Program-made: the position numbers and the translations under genes
Shown here: positions 1-9,257 of the stretch, one piece after another
Layout of the letters: the number at the start of each line of letters is the position of its first letter
How positions within the stretch are numbered: position 1 is the first letter of the stretch
Origin: Thermoplasmata archaeon
GTDB lineage: Archaea; Thermoplasmatota; Thermoplasmata; Lutacidiplasmatales; UBA184
Reading direction: 5' to 3'
Length of the DNA stretch: 64,000 nt
Assembly: GCA_022750375.1 (NCBI GenBank)
Contig: JAKIVU010000005.1
Coordinates: 4,288-68,287 of the forward strand
Notes under the pieces: model-generated
Seen by the model: only the letters and a program-made list of their open reading frames with translations
Database searches by the model: none
What the model was told of the DNA's origin: nothing

Positions 1-179
1 GGAATCTCGTCGTGGTGGCCCTCCTGCACGGGGCGTACGATGCGGCCGCGTTCTACTACGCCTTCATCAACCCGACCGGCGGCTTGTTGTTCCGGTACGT
101 GCCGATCCTCGTCGGCGGGATCATCGCCCTGGTCTTCTATCTCGAAACGACCGACGGCGCCCGCCTGGGGCCGATCTGA
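1..179 (+). CDS. 3' end of a multi-pass membrane protein (possibly PrsW-like intramembrane protease); 5' end is outside the window
   Basis: Frame 3 reads NLVVVALLHGAYDAAAFYYAFINPTGGLLFRYVPILVGGIIALVFYLETTDGARLGPI, then TGA at 177-179. Strong G/C third-position bias and hydrophobic helices. The family call is tentative. Confidence 0.4.
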   Translation, partial: NLVVVALLHGAYDAAAFYYAFINPTGGLLFRYVPILVGGIIALVFYLETTDGARLGPI

Positions 180-195
180 CCCGGCCAGCCCCCGT

Positions 196-582
196 TCAGG
201 CTCCGGGGGAGAGGATCAGTTCCACCCAGAGGCCGTCCGGCCCCTCGTAGTAGGCGAGCACTACCTCGCCCTTCCACTTGATCTGGTCGACCAGACGGCC
301 CCCGGCGGCTTTGACACGGCGGCCCGCCGCCTTGATGTCGTTCACTCGGAACCCGAGATGGTCGAGGCCTTCCCCGCCGACGAACGGCGTGGCGTACTTG
401 CTCCCCTTCGGGTACCAGTTCAGTTCGAGCTGCTGGTGCGACGTCCGATCCTGGTAGAGCACCCACACGCCGCCGTGGCCCATCTTCCCGCCGCGGACTT
501 TCTCGAGGCCGAGTCCCTGGGTGACAAACCGCGTCGCTCGGGCGAGGTTCGTGACGCGAATTCCTGCGTAGTCGAGGTACAT
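196..582 (-). CDS. VOC/glyoxalase-family protein
   Basis: 128-aa ORF with an ATG start. Begins MYLDYAGIRVTNLARATRF and contains LDHLGFRV and GPDGLWVELI, the typical paired beta-alpha-beta-beta-beta glyoxalase/bleomycin-resistance pattern. Confidence 0.75.
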   Translation of the reverse strand: MYLDYAGIRVTNLARATRFVTQGLGLEKVRGGKMGHGGVWVLYQDRTSHQQLELNWYPKGSKYATPFVGGEGLDHLGFRVNDIKAAGRRVKAAGGRLVDQIKWKGEVVLAYYEGPDGLWVELILSPGA

Positions 583-671
583 GACGGGTCGAATCGCGAC
601 CCGATGATATCCCTTGACCGCGTGGCCGGTCCCCCGGAACCGTCTTGTAACCGACCCGCGTCGGGCGGCCG

Positions 672-1106
672 ATGCCCCCGAGCGACGCGGTGATCCGCGA
701 GGTGTTGACCCGGGCCCGCACGATCGCGATCGTGGGGCTGTCCGACAAACCGGAGCGGGATTCGAACGAGGTCGCCCGGTACATGCAATCGAAAGGGTAC
801 CGTGTCATCCCGGTCAACCCGGCGGTAGCCGAGGTCCTCGGGGAGAAGTCCTATCCGTCCGTCGCCGCCATTCCGAAGGAGATCCGGGTCGACATCGTCG
901 ACATTTTCCGCCGCAGCGACCAGGTCCTTCCGATCGCCCAGGAGGCGATTCGACGCGGAGTCAAGGTCGTCTGGATGCAGCTCGGGATCGATAGCGCCGA
1001 GGCCGCGTCGCTGGTGCGAGAGGCCGGGGGTACCGACTTCGAGAACCTCTGTATCATGACCCAGCACCGCCGTCTCGGACTCCCGGCGGTCGGCCCGGCA
1101 CGGTAG
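672..1106 (+). CDS. CoA-binding domain protein (YccU/YneT-like)
   Basis: 144-aa ORF. IAIVGLSDKPERDSNEVARYMQSKGYRVIPVNP and VDIFR are characteristic of the small CoA-binding family. Confidence 0.8.
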   Translation: MPPSDAVIREVLTRARTIAIVGLSDKPERDSNEVARYMQSKGYRVIPVNPAVAEVLGEKSYPSVAAIPKEIRVDIVDIFRRSDQVLPIAQEAIRRGVKVVWMQLGIDSAEAASLVREAGGTDFENLCIMTQHRRLGLPAVGPAR

Positions 1107-1114
1107 GCGCCCGA

Positions 1115-1930
1115 ATGTCCGCCGCTGCCTCTGCTCCACCGTCCGCTTCGCCTCCGTCCCCGGCGATCCCGACCCCGCCTTCACCCAGGACCGGCGCGCT
1201 CCGTGATACGGGGACGATCCGCCGCGACGCCGTGCGTGCGACGAGCTGGACGACGACCGGTATCGCGAAGGTCCAGGGCGATGTCGACGTCGGCACCGGC
1301 ACGGCGAGCGGTCTGGTCTCGATCGCCGGGAAACTGACGGCGGGTACGTTTCGGTCGCGCGGCACGCTCGAGGTCGTCGGTCCGGCCGACGTCCGAGACC
1401 GGCTCTCGCTCGACGGCACCGTCCACTTCCAGGCGGGGGTGCACGCCGGGGAGCTCTCCTCGAACGGGACGGTGCGGTGCGGCGGGGACCTCCGGGTCGA
1501 CCGGTCGCTCTCCGCGACCGGACTCGTGGAGGCCCCGTCCGCGCACGTGGGGCTGTTCGACCTCACGGGGAGCGCCCAGATCTCCGGCGACCTCGAAGCG
1601 CTTCTTTCCGTCCGCGCACGGTTCCACGGGGACACGCGGATCGAGAGGGTGCGGGCGCATCGGGTCGAACTTCACGGACCCCCGCCGAGCGTGATCCCCA
1701 CGCTGTTGCGCACCGTATTCGGAGGGGCGGCGACCGTCGAGGTGCACCGCATCGAGGCGGACACGGTCGAGCTCAGCGCGGTCAACGTCCAGTTCGTCCA
1801 CGCGCGCGAGGTCGTCCTCGGGCCCGGCGCCCACGTCACCACCGTCGAGGGCACGATCGTCCGGCAACACGCGACGAGTCGGGTCGGACCGGAGTCCCGG
1901 AGCGCGCGTCCGCACGGTCTCAGCCGATAG
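1115..1930 (+). CDS. bactofilin-like polymer-forming cytoskeletal protein (start uncertain)
   Basis: 271-aa ORF with G/C third-position bias. Repetitive beta-helix-like pattern (G.V.G.L.A...V.I.G...GD) over most of its length. The low-complexity Pro/Ser N-terminus may not be translated. Confidence 0.5.
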   Translation: MSAAASAPPSASPPSPAIPTPPSPRTGALRDTGTIRRDAVRATSWTTTGIAKVQGDVDVGTGTASGLVSIAGKLTAGTFRSRGTLEVVGPADVRDRLSLDGTVHFQAGVHAGELSSNGTVRCGGDLRVDRSLSATGLVEAPSAHVGLFDLTGSAQISGDLEALLSVRARFHGDTRIERVRAHRVELHGPPPSVIPTLLRTVFGGAATVEVHRIEADTVELSAVNVQFVHAREVVLGPGAHVTTVEGTIVRQHATSRVGPESRSARPHGLSR

Positions 1931-1949
1931 CGCTGCGCCTCCCCGGCTG

Positions 1950-1955
1950 TTTATC
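1950..1955 (+). promoter_or_regulatory. TATA-like box upstream of ileS (leaderless arrangement)
   Basis: TTTATC lies 25-30 nt upstream of the ATG at 1980, inside an otherwise GC-rich spacer. Confidence 0.4.
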
Positions 1956-1979
1956 TCCCCCGACTCCGTCGCACCCTCG

Positions 1980-4940
1980 ATGACCCCCGACGAGGAGGCA
2001 ACGGGGGCCCCCTCGCCGGCCGAGGTTCAGCGGCGCGTCTTGAGCTACTGGGACGGGGAAGGGGTCCCCGCTCGCGCGTACGAGGGCACCCCGAGCGGAC
2101 CGGTCTTCCGGTTCACCGAGGGCCCGCCGGGGGTCAACGGGCCCCCGCACCTCGGCCACATCGAGCCCCGCGTGCTGAAGGACGTCCAGCTCCGGTACCG
2201 CCGGATGCGCGGCTATCGGATCGTCAGCTCGATGGCCGGGTGGGATTGCCACGGACTCCCCGTCGAGATCGCGATCGAGAAGCGGCACGGGCTCAAGTCG
2301 AGGAAGGAGATCGAGACGTTCGGCGTCGAACGGTTCTGCGAGGAGTGCCGCACGACCGCGCTCACCTACGCTTCCGCCTGGCAGGAGATGAGCCGCCGCC
2401 AAGGATACTGGCTCGATTACGACCACGCCTATCGAACCATGGACGCGCCGTACATCGAGAGCGTCTGGTGGGCGCTGAAGACCCTGTTCGACCGCGGCCT
2501 GCTCGAGAAGGGGCACTACGTGCTTCCGTACTGCCCTCGCTGCGAGACCACGCTATCTTCCCACGAGGTCGCCCAGGGGTATCACGAGACGACCGACCCA
2601 TCGGTGACGGTCCGGCTACCGCTCGACGGCGACGCTCGCGACCTCCTCGTCTGGACCACGACTCCGTGGACGTTGCCCGCGAACCTGCTGGTCGCCGCCC
2701 ATCCGGACCTCGAGTATTCCGTGGTCCACGTCGAAGAGGGCCACGACGTCGTGCTCGCCTCGGCCGCGGTCCCGCGGTACTTCCCCTCCGGGGCCGAGGT
2801 GCGCGAACGCCTCTCCGGCCGGGACCTGGCCGGGCGCACCTACCATCCTCCGTTCGACGCGGCGGGGCCGGCCCCCGGGCGCTACCGGATCGTCCTCGAT
2901 GACTTCGTCACCGCGACGGAAGGCACCGGATTGGTCCACATCGCACCGAGCTTCGGGCCGGACGACTACCGCATCGGGGCACGAGAGAAGGTAGGGGTCT
3001 TTGACCCCCTCGACGGACGGGCGGTCTTCGGCGACGCGGTGCCGATCGTGCGCGGCAAGTCGTTCAAGAACGCCGACCCGACGCTGCTCCTCGACCTCGC
3101 CGCGCAGGGGATCCTCTTCCGCTCCGAGACGCTCCGACACACCTACCCGTTCTGCTGGCGGTGCGACCACGCCCTCCTCTACCGCGCAATCGATTCGTGG
3201 TTCGTGCGCACGTCCCGCGTCACGGAGGCGCTGGTGCGCAACAATGCGACGGTCACCTGGATCCCATCGTACCTCCGGGACGGGCGGTTCGGCAATTTCC
3301 TGACGGATGCGAAGGACTGGGCGCTCTCGCGGAGCCGATACTGGGGCACCCCGCTGCCGGTCTGGGTCTGCCCGGACGGCCACCCGACGTGCGTCGGCAG
3401 CTTCGCCGAGCTCGCCGAGCGGAGCGGGGCGCCGCTCCCCCAACCGTTCGACCCCCACCGCGTGACGGTCGACCGGCTCGTCCTCGCGTGCGCGACCTGC
3501 GGGAAGGAGAGCCGGCGGGAGCCGTACACGATCGACGTCTGGTTCGACAGCGGCGCGGCGCCGTTCGCGCAGTTCCATTACCCGTTCGAACCCGGTCCGT
3601 TCGACCCGGCCGCCCCCCTCGACTACGTCTCCGAGGCGATCGACCAGACGCGCGGCTGGTACTACACGCTGCTCGTGATCGCGACCACCGTCTTCGACCG
3701 CCCGGCGTTCCGCACGAGCCTGACCTGCGAGTTCCTGCTCGAAGAGAGCGGACGCAAGATGTCGAAGTCGAAGGGAAAGGTCCTCGAACCGCTCGCGCTC
3801 CTCGACACGCTCGGCGGGGACGCGCTCCGGTGGTTATTCCTCTCCCAGGACTTCACGGCGCCGATCCGGGTCAGCGAGTCGACACTGCAGAAGTCGGGAC
3901 ACCGAACGCTCGGGGCGCTGCGGAACGTCGTCGCCTTCCACCTCGAGAACGCACGCGCGGACGGACTCCCTCCGGTGACCGAGCCGCCGGCGTCGGATGC
4001 CCTCCTCGACCGATGGCTGCTTTCGCGTCTCGAAGGGATGCGCGAGGAGGTCTCCGCCGCGCTGGAGGGGTACGACCCCCGACCGGCGGCGACGAGCCTC
4101 CGTGACTTCGTCGACGACCTCTCGACGTGGTACCTGCGCCGGTCCCGCCCGCGCTTCTGGGCGGAGGCCGACCGGCCGGAACGCCGGGCCGCGCACGCCA
4201 CGCTCTCGTACGTGCTGGACGCGACGGCACGGGTGATCGCTCCCCTCGTCCCGTTCACGGCAGAGTGGGTACACCAGGAGGTCACGGAGGCCGGATTCTC
4301 CGACGGCGGCTCTTCGGTCCACCTCGCCCCGTGGCCGACGGCGTTCGCCCCCCGAGACCGTTCCCTCGAAGACGGGATGCGGGAGCTGCGCGCGCTGGTC
4401 GAGGTCGGTCGCGAGCTCCGCCAACGGGCGGAGGTGAAGTCCCGGATCCCGCTCGCCGAATTCGTGCTATTCGGTTCCGCCGACCGGGCGCTCGCCGCGT
4501 TGGGTACCGCGGGGGAGGCCCTGCTTGCCGAGGAACTGAACGTCAAACGGGTGGTGCGAGCGCCGGCCTCGTCCCGGACCAATTATCCGGACAGCGCGTG
4601 GGTCGTCCGCGAGGACGGCGGCCGGCCGGTGGCCGCGCTGCCGCTCCACCCGTCGCCCGAGCTGATCGAGGAGGGGCTCGCCCGCGAGATCGCTCGACGA
4701 CTCCAGCAGGCGCGCAAGGAGCTGGGGCTCCGGTACTTGGACGCGGTCTCCATCACGTTGAGTTCCGCGGATCCCACCGCATTGCGGGCGCTCCGACCTC
4801 GCCAGAGCGCGCTCGCGAAGGACCTCCTCGCCGACCCGTTCGACATCGTGGAGGATCCGCTGGCCGCCGGCGCCGACGTCCGCACGTGGGACGTGGACGG
4901 CGTGACGTTCTCGGCCCGCATCGTGCGTCGCTCGGATTGA
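1980..4940 (+). CDS. ileS: isoleucine--tRNA ligase
   Basis: 986 aa. Class I HIGH-type motif (PPHLGHI), KMSKS motif (RKMSKSKG), a CP1 editing-domain-sized insertion, and WDCHGLPVE plus YWGTPLPVW blocks typical of IleRS. Confidence 0.95.
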   Translation: MTPDEEATGAPSPAEVQRRVLSYWDGEGVPARAYEGTPSGPVFRFTEGPPGVNGPPHLGHIEPRVLKDVQLRYRRMRGYRIVSSMAGWDCHGLPVEIAIEKRHGLKSRKEIETFGVERFCEECRTTALTYASAWQEMSRRQGYWLDYDHAYRTMDAPYIESVWWALKTLFDRGLLEKGHYVLPYCPRCETTLSSHEVAQGYHETTDPSVTVRLPLDGDARDLLVWTTTPWTLPANLLVAAHPDLEYSVVHVEEGHDVVLASAAVPRYFPSGAEVRERLSGRDLAGRTYHPPFDAAGPAPGRYRIVLDDFVTATEGTGLVHIAPSFGPDDYRIGAREKVGVFDPLDGRAVFGDAVPIVRGKSFKNADPTLLLDLAAQGILFRSETLRHTYPFCWRCDHALLYRAIDSWFVRTSRVTEALVRNNATVTWIPSYLRDGRFGNFLTDAKDWALSRSRYWGTPLPVWVCPDGHPTCVGSFAELAERSGAPLPQPFDPHRVTVDRLVLACATCGKESRREPYTIDVWFDSGAAPFAQFHYPFEPGPFDPAAPLDYVSEAIDQTRGWYYTLLVIATTVFDRPAFRTSLTCEFLLEESGRKMSKSKGKVLEPLALLDTLGGDALRWLFLSQDFTAPIRVSESTLQKSGHRTLGALRNVVAFHLENARADGLPPVTEPPASDALLDRWLLSRLEGMREEVSAALEGYDPRPAATSLRDFVDDLSTWYLRRSRPRFWAEADRPERRAAHATLSYVLDATARVIAPLVPFTAEWVHQEVTEAGFSDGGSSVHLAPWPTAFAPRDRSLEDGMRELRALVEVGRELRQRAEVKSRIPLAEFVLFGSADRALAALGTAGEALLAEELNVKRVVRAPASSRTNYPDSAWVVREDGGRPVAALPLHPSPELIEEGLAREIARRLQQARKELGLRYLDAVSITLSSADPTALRALRPRQSALAKDLLADPFDIVEDPLAAGADVRTWDVDGVTFSARIVRRSD

Positions 4941-4979
4941 CCGAGGGGACGCGCCCGCCGTAGGAGGCGCTCGCCGGGG

Positions 4980-5585
4980 TCAGAACGCGGCGCGCGCGAC
5001 GGCCCCGCCCGGCGTCCGCTCCGAGAAGACCTCCGCTTCGAACCGCCGGACCGTGACCTTCGGGTCGCGCCAGGCGCCCGCCGTGAGCCCCGCTTTCTCG
5101 CACGTGCCGTCCAACAGCTCCTCGGACGACCAGCCCTGTTCGGGAGCGACCTGAGGGAGGAGGAGCCCGCTCGTACCATACCCTTCCACGATCAGCCCGT
5201 CCCGTCCGACCTTCACCTCGCGCACCCGTTCCTCGGGCCGCGTCGCCCGGACCGGGACGGGCACGCTGAGGACGGAGACCTCGACCGTCAACCCGCCGAG
5301 CTCGGCGACACGGACCGGCGGGAAGCGCAGGTCCTGGGTCGCCGCCGAGACCGCGGCCTCTCGGATCGCCGTCGCGAGCGGGAGGACGGGGAGCGGGAAA
5401 CCGATGCAGCCCCTCAGGCCGCCGCTGGGGTGACGCCGGAGCGTCACGAACGCCCCCCGCGGTTCGCGGAAAACGGCGGGGAGGTCGGCCTCGGCCGCCG
5501 TCCCTTCGCCCGGGACGCCGAGGGCGCGCGCGACGCTCGCGCGAGCGAGATGCACGGCACGGGCCCCGTCCTCCTCCGAGAGCAT
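4980..5585 (-). CDS. AMMECR1 domain protein
   Basis: 201 aa. GAFVTLRR...LRGCIG and GLLLPQV motifs are diagnostic of AMMECR1. Confidence 0.85.
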   Translation of the reverse strand: MLSEEDGARAVHLARASVARALGVPGEGTAAEADLPAVFREPRGAFVTLRRHPSGGLRGCIGFPLPVLPLATAIREAAVSAATQDLRFPPVRVAELGGLTVEVSVLSVPVPVRATRPEERVREVKVGRDGLIVEGYGTSGLLLPQVAPEQGWSSEELLDGTCEKAGLTAGAWRDPKVTVRRFEAEVFSERTPGGAVARAAF

Positions 5586-5637
5586 CGGACGCGCAGCGGC
5601 TCGGCAGGGAAAGGCCCTTCGCCGGCGCGGGGGCAGG

Positions 5638-5643
5638 TTTTAT
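5638..5643 (+). promoter_or_regulatory. TATA box for rpl40e
   Basis: GGTTTTATAGCC: the TTTATA core lies 28-33 nt upstream of the ATG at 5671. Confidence 0.5.
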
Positions 5644-5670
5644 AGCCGAGGGACGGTCCCCGCGGGTCCC

Positions 5671-5823
5671 ATGCCGTTCCCCGAGGCGATCGACCGCCTG
5701 CTCAACAAGAAGATCTGCATGAACTGCTCGGCCCGGAACCCGCCGAAGGCGGTCCAGTGCCGGAAGTGCGGTTACCACGGCCTCCGCGTCAAGTCGCGGG
5801 AGCGGTCGGGAAAGACCCAGTGA
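5671..5823 (+). CDS. rpl40e: 50S ribosomal protein L40e
   Basis: Hand translation gives [50 protein letters not shown] (50 aa) with a CxxC...CxxC zinc ribbon. It is below the 60-aa cutoff of the ORF track. Confidence 0.85.
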   Translation: MPFPEAIDRLLNKKICMNCSARNPPKAVQCRKCGYHGLRVKSRERSGKTQ

Positions 5824-5830
5824 TCCCGCG

Positions 5831-6622
5831 CTACGGGGGCGGCACGGCGTCCGGTCCGTGGGCGAACGGCACGGGCCGTCCGCGGGTCGGCTCTCGGGCG
5901 ATCTCGAAGCGTTTCTGGATGAGGAACCGGAGATTGGTGTACCCGTCCCGCCAGCTGGAAAGCTTCGGTCGGCCCCACCGCTCCCCGTAACGGATCGGGA
6001 CCTCCACGACCCGCAATCCGCGCAGGATCGCTTCGATCTTCAGCTCCTCACTGAACGCCATCCCGTCCTGGCAGAGGTGTACCCGGTCGAGGACCTCCCG
6101 ACGGAAAACCCAGAAGCCGCTCTGACTGTCCTCGAGCGAACCGCCGGGCATCCCCCGGAGGAACCGGTGGAAGGCCACGTCGACAAAGAGGTTCAGCAGC
6201 CGGTTCCCGATCCGGTGCTCGGTGGTCATCGCGCGCCGATCGATGTACGCCATCCGATTCCCCGTCACAAAGTCGAGCCGCTCGTCGAGCAGACGCCGCA
6301 CGAGGGCCGGGATCGTCTCGACCGGATACGTCGCGTCGCCGTCCGCGGTCGCGATCACGTCGCCCCGGGCCGCGGCAAAGCCGGTCTTGTAGGCGCGACC
6401 GTACCCCTTGCGGAGTTCGACGAGTACGTGAGCCCCCTCAGCGGTCGCGATCGCCGCGGTGCCGTCCGTCGAGCCGCCGTCGACCACGACGGTCTCCCAG
6501 TCGATCGGAGTCGACCGGAAGAGGGTGGCGTTCGCCGCCTCCGTGCTCGCACGGAAGGTGCGCAGCACGTGCCCGATCGACTCGGACTCGTTGAGCGTGG
6601 GAACCACCAGCGTTGCGCGCAT
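5831..6622 (-). CDS. family 2 glycosyltransferase (dolichyl-phosphate hexose synthase-like)
   Basis: The conserved part starts at MRATLVVPTLNESESI (ATG at 6622). VVVDGGSTDGT, ADGDATYP (DxD) and a C-terminal KRFEIAR tail are present. The 150-aa upstream extension in the track is Arg/Gly-rich and overlaps archease. Confidence 0.85.
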   Translation of the reverse strand: MRATLVVPTLNESESIGHVLRTFRASTEAANATLFRSTPIDWETVVVDGGSTDGTAAIATAEGAHVLVELRKGYGRAYKTGFAAARGDVIATADGDATYPVETIPALVRRLLDERLDFVTGNRMAYIDRRAMTTEHRIGNRLLNLFVDVAFHRFLRGMPGGSLEDSQSGFWVFRREVLDRVHLCQDGMAFSEELKIEAILRGLRVVEVPIRYGERWGRPKLSSWRDGYTNLRFLIQKRFEIAREPTRGRPVPFAHGPDAVPPP

Positions 6623-6673
6623 CGACCCGCCGGTAAGGAGCCGACCACGCCTTAAGCCCGTCGAAAGCGTGGC

Positions 6674-7126
6674 GTGTCCACGAGCGCACCGGGGCGACGG
6701 CGGGCGAGCGCGCGCCGATGGGGAAGCTTCCCGACGACCGCGGACGTCGGGATCTGGGCGACCGGGCCGACGGACGCCGCGTTGTTCGAGGCGCTCGGCC
6801 TCGGGCTGTTCGCCCTGATCACCGACCGCGCGCGCGTCCGACCGCGGATGGAGCGTGCGGTGAGCGCGTCCGGCACCGACCCTTCGTCCCTCGTAGTGGC
6901 GTACTTGACCGAACTGCTCCTCCTTCAGCAGACGGAAGGGTTTCTCGCGCGCGAGATCCGCGCGCGCCCCGTGGGCGACCCCCCGACCGCGATCGTCGCG
7001 AGCGTGACCGGCGAGCCGTTCGACCCTGCGCGGCACACGGCGCGGACCGAGGTGAAGGCCGTCACCCTCCACGACCTCCAGGTCGACTTCGCCGCGGGGC
7101 GCGCCCGGGTGATCGTGGACATCTAG
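6674..7126 (+). CDS. archease (RtcB tRNA-ligase activator family)
   Basis: 150 aa with a GTG start. FPTTADVGIWATG...LFEALGLGLFALI near the N-terminus and VKAVTLHDLQV...ARVIVDI at the C-terminus match the archease pattern. Confidence 0.8.
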   Translation: MSTSAPGRRRASARRWGSFPTTADVGIWATGPTDAALFEALGLGLFALITDRARVRPRMERAVSASGTDPSSLVVAYLTELLLLQQTEGFLAREIRARPVGDPPTAIVASVTGEPFDPARHTARTEVKAVTLHDLQVDFAAGRARVIVDI

Positions 7127-7133
7127 GCCGGGC

Positions 7134-8270
7134 TCATGGCATCCGGTCCACGACCGCTCGCAACGCCATTCCCGGTGCGGGAAGGCGGCCCGCCTTGCCG
7201 AGGATCCGCTCGAGCGCGGCGAACGTCACGAGAAGGTCCGGCCAGTCGGCGATACCCATGTGTCCGATCCGGAAGATCTTTCCGGTGAGGGCACCCTGGC
7301 CGCCCTGCACCAGCACGTTGTACTCACGCTCGAGCGCTTTCCTGAGTTCGGCGTCCCCCATCCCGTCCGGATTGCGCACCGCCGTCACGGTGTCGGAGGC
7401 GTGTCGCCGTTCGGGGAAGAGCGAAAGACCGAGGGCGTCGACGGCGCCGCGCGCGGCCTCGGCGAGCCGGTGCGTGCGTTCGAGCCGGTGGACGAGACCT
7501 TCTTCGCGGAGAATTACGAGCGCCTCACGGAGGGCGAGGAACAGCGGCACGGCGGGCGTCCACGGGGTATCGTTCTTCTCCAGCGACTTGAGGTGGGCCG
7601 CGAGGTCGAGATAGAACGAGCCCGGATGCAGAGCGGCGACCGCCCGGTCCGAAAGATGCACGAGTGCGAGACCCGCCGGTGCCGCGAGGCCTTTCTGACT
7701 GCCGGCGACGAGCGCATCGATCCCCCAGCCGTCGATATCGACCGGGATCCCGGCGACCGCGCTGATCCCGTCGACCAGGAACAACGCCCCGGATTTCCGT
7801 ACCGAGGGAGCGAGCTGCGCGAGTTCGTTGGCGAGTCCGACGCTCGTCTCGTTGTGGACGACACAGACCGCGCCGACATCTCCCTTCTCCAGTTCCTGCT
7901 CGGCCGCGTCGCGCGCCAACGGCTGGCCCCACGGGGCGGTGACGGTCGTCACCTGCGAGGAGTAGCGGCGCACGATCTGGTCCGTGCGCTCGCCAAAGTT
8001 GCCGTTCGAGAGGACGAGCGTCCGGCGGTCCTTCGGGACGAGCGACGAGTACATCGCCTCCAGCCCCGCGGTGCCGCTGCCCGAGAGGATGAGCTGGTGG
8101 CCTTTCGCGCCGAACAGGACGGGCATCAACTCGCGGATCTCGGCGACGATCCCGTGGAAGTAGTCCCCCCGATGGTTCAGGGACGACATCGACATCGCGC
8201 GCAGCACGCGCGGGTGGATCCGCACGGGACCCGCGATGAGGAACGTGGTCGTCTCCGGGTCGAACGTCAT
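7134..8270 (-). CDS. class V aminotransferase (serine-glyoxylate / phosphoserine aminotransferase-like)
   Basis: 378 aa with GSGTAGLEA and SQKGLAAPAGLA (PLP-lysine region). Its start overlaps the stop of the upstream dehydrogenase by 4 nt. Confidence 0.85.
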   Translation of the reverse strand: MTFDPETTTFLIAGPVRIHPRVLRAMSMSSLNHRGDYFHGIVAEIRELMPVLFGAKGHQLILSGSGTAGLEAMYSSLVPKDRRTLVLSNGNFGERTDQIVRRYSSQVTTVTAPWGQPLARDAAEQELEKGDVGAVCVVHNETSVGLANELAQLAPSVRKSGALFLVDGISAVAGIPVDIDGWGIDALVAGSQKGLAAPAGLALVHLSDRAVAALHPGSFYLDLAAHLKSLEKNDTPWTPAVPLFLALREALVILREEGLVHRLERTHRLAEAARGAVDALGLSLFPERRHASDTVTAVRNPDGMGDAELRKALEREYNVLVQGGQGALTGKIFRIGHMGIADWPDLLVTFAALERILGKAGRLPAPGMALRAVVDRMP

Positions 8271-9217
8271 GGTCGTCCTCCGGGGGGCGGAACGAGCGAG
8301 CGCAGCGGTTCCCCGCGGACGGCTCGAAGCACTTCGTCCACGATCTCCGCACCGGCGCGGCCCTGGCCTTCGGCCGTCATGGCCCCGATGTGGGGGGTCG
8401 CGATCACGTTCGGCAGCTCCAACAGCTCACGGTTCATCGGCGGTTCCACCTCGAAAACGTCGAGCGCAGCACCCGCGAGCCGACCGGACTTGAGGGCGGC
8501 GAGAAGTGCGGCTTCGTCGACCAGAGGGCCGCGCGCGACGTTCAGCAGGAAGGCGCCCGGCTTCATCTGCGCGAACGCCCGGGCGTCGAGGAGGTGGCGG
8601 TTCTCGCTCGTCAGCGCAGCGTGGAGGCTGAGGAGGTCGGCGCGCTGGAGCACCGCCTCCCACGGGACGATCTCGGTCCGGTCTCCCGACGTCGTGACGT
8701 ACGGGTCGTAGGCGATCGTCGCCGTGCCGAACGGTTCGAGCCGACGGGCGACCTCTCGGGCGATCCGGCCGTAGCCGATGAATCCGACGGTCTTGCCGGC
8801 GAGCTCCCGGCCGTGGGCACCGCGCTCCCAACGACCCGCCTTGGTCGCGACGATCGTGGGGACGAGACCTCGAACGAGGAGCAGTGCGAGCGCGACCGTG
8901 AGCTCCGCGACGCTCGTCGTCGCGGCGGCCGGCGCGTTCACGACCCGGATCCCCCGCTGGGCGGCCGCGACCATGTCCACGTTGTCGACGCCGACCCCCG
9001 CCCGAGCGATGAGGGTCAACGACGGCGCGGCGCGGAGGAGCTCTGCGGTGACTTTCGTGCGGCTGCGGACGATGAGCGCGGTCGCTTCCGCGAGGTGACC
9101 CGGCAGCGCGGCCGGGTCCGCACTCGCGTCGACGACACGACACGGACCGGCGCGAAGACGTTCGAACGCGGCACGGTCGATCGGGTCGGCGACCACGACC
9201 AGCGGCGGCTCGGACAT
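8267..9217 (-). CDS. serA: D-3-phosphoglycerate dehydrogenase / D-isomer-specific 2-hydroxyacid dehydrogenase
   Basis: Start placed at MSEPPLVVVADPI (ATG 9217). Has the NAD fold GKTVGFIGYGRIAREVA and the catalytic region PNVIATPHIGA. Translationally coupled to the aminotransferase. The serA assignment rests on context. Confidence 0.8.
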   Translation of the reverse strand: MSEPPLVVVADPIDRAAFERLRAGPCRVVDASADPAALPGHLAEATALIVRSRTKVTAELLRAAPSLTLIARAGVGVDNVDMVAAAQRGIRVVNAPAAATTSVAELTVALALLLVRGLVPTIVATKAGRWERGAHGRELAGKTVGFIGYGRIAREVARRLEPFGTATIAYDPYVTTSGDRTEIVPWEAVLQRADLLSLHAALTSENRHLLDARAFAQMKPGAFLLNVARGPLVDEAALLAALKSGRLAGAALDVFEVEPPMNRELLELPNVIATPHIGAMTAEGQGRAGAEIVDEVLRAVRGEPLRSLVPPPGGRP

Positions 9218-9257
9218 CGGCCGCCCGACCACCGACCGGGGGAAAACGGTTTGGCCC

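Noticed and set aside
40-1184. Several overlapping 126-254-aa ORFs at the window start (40-693, 137-817, 420-1184, 614-994)
   Set aside because: They overlap the VOC and CoA-binding genes, which have recognisable folds. Their translations are Arg/Pro/Ser-rich junk.
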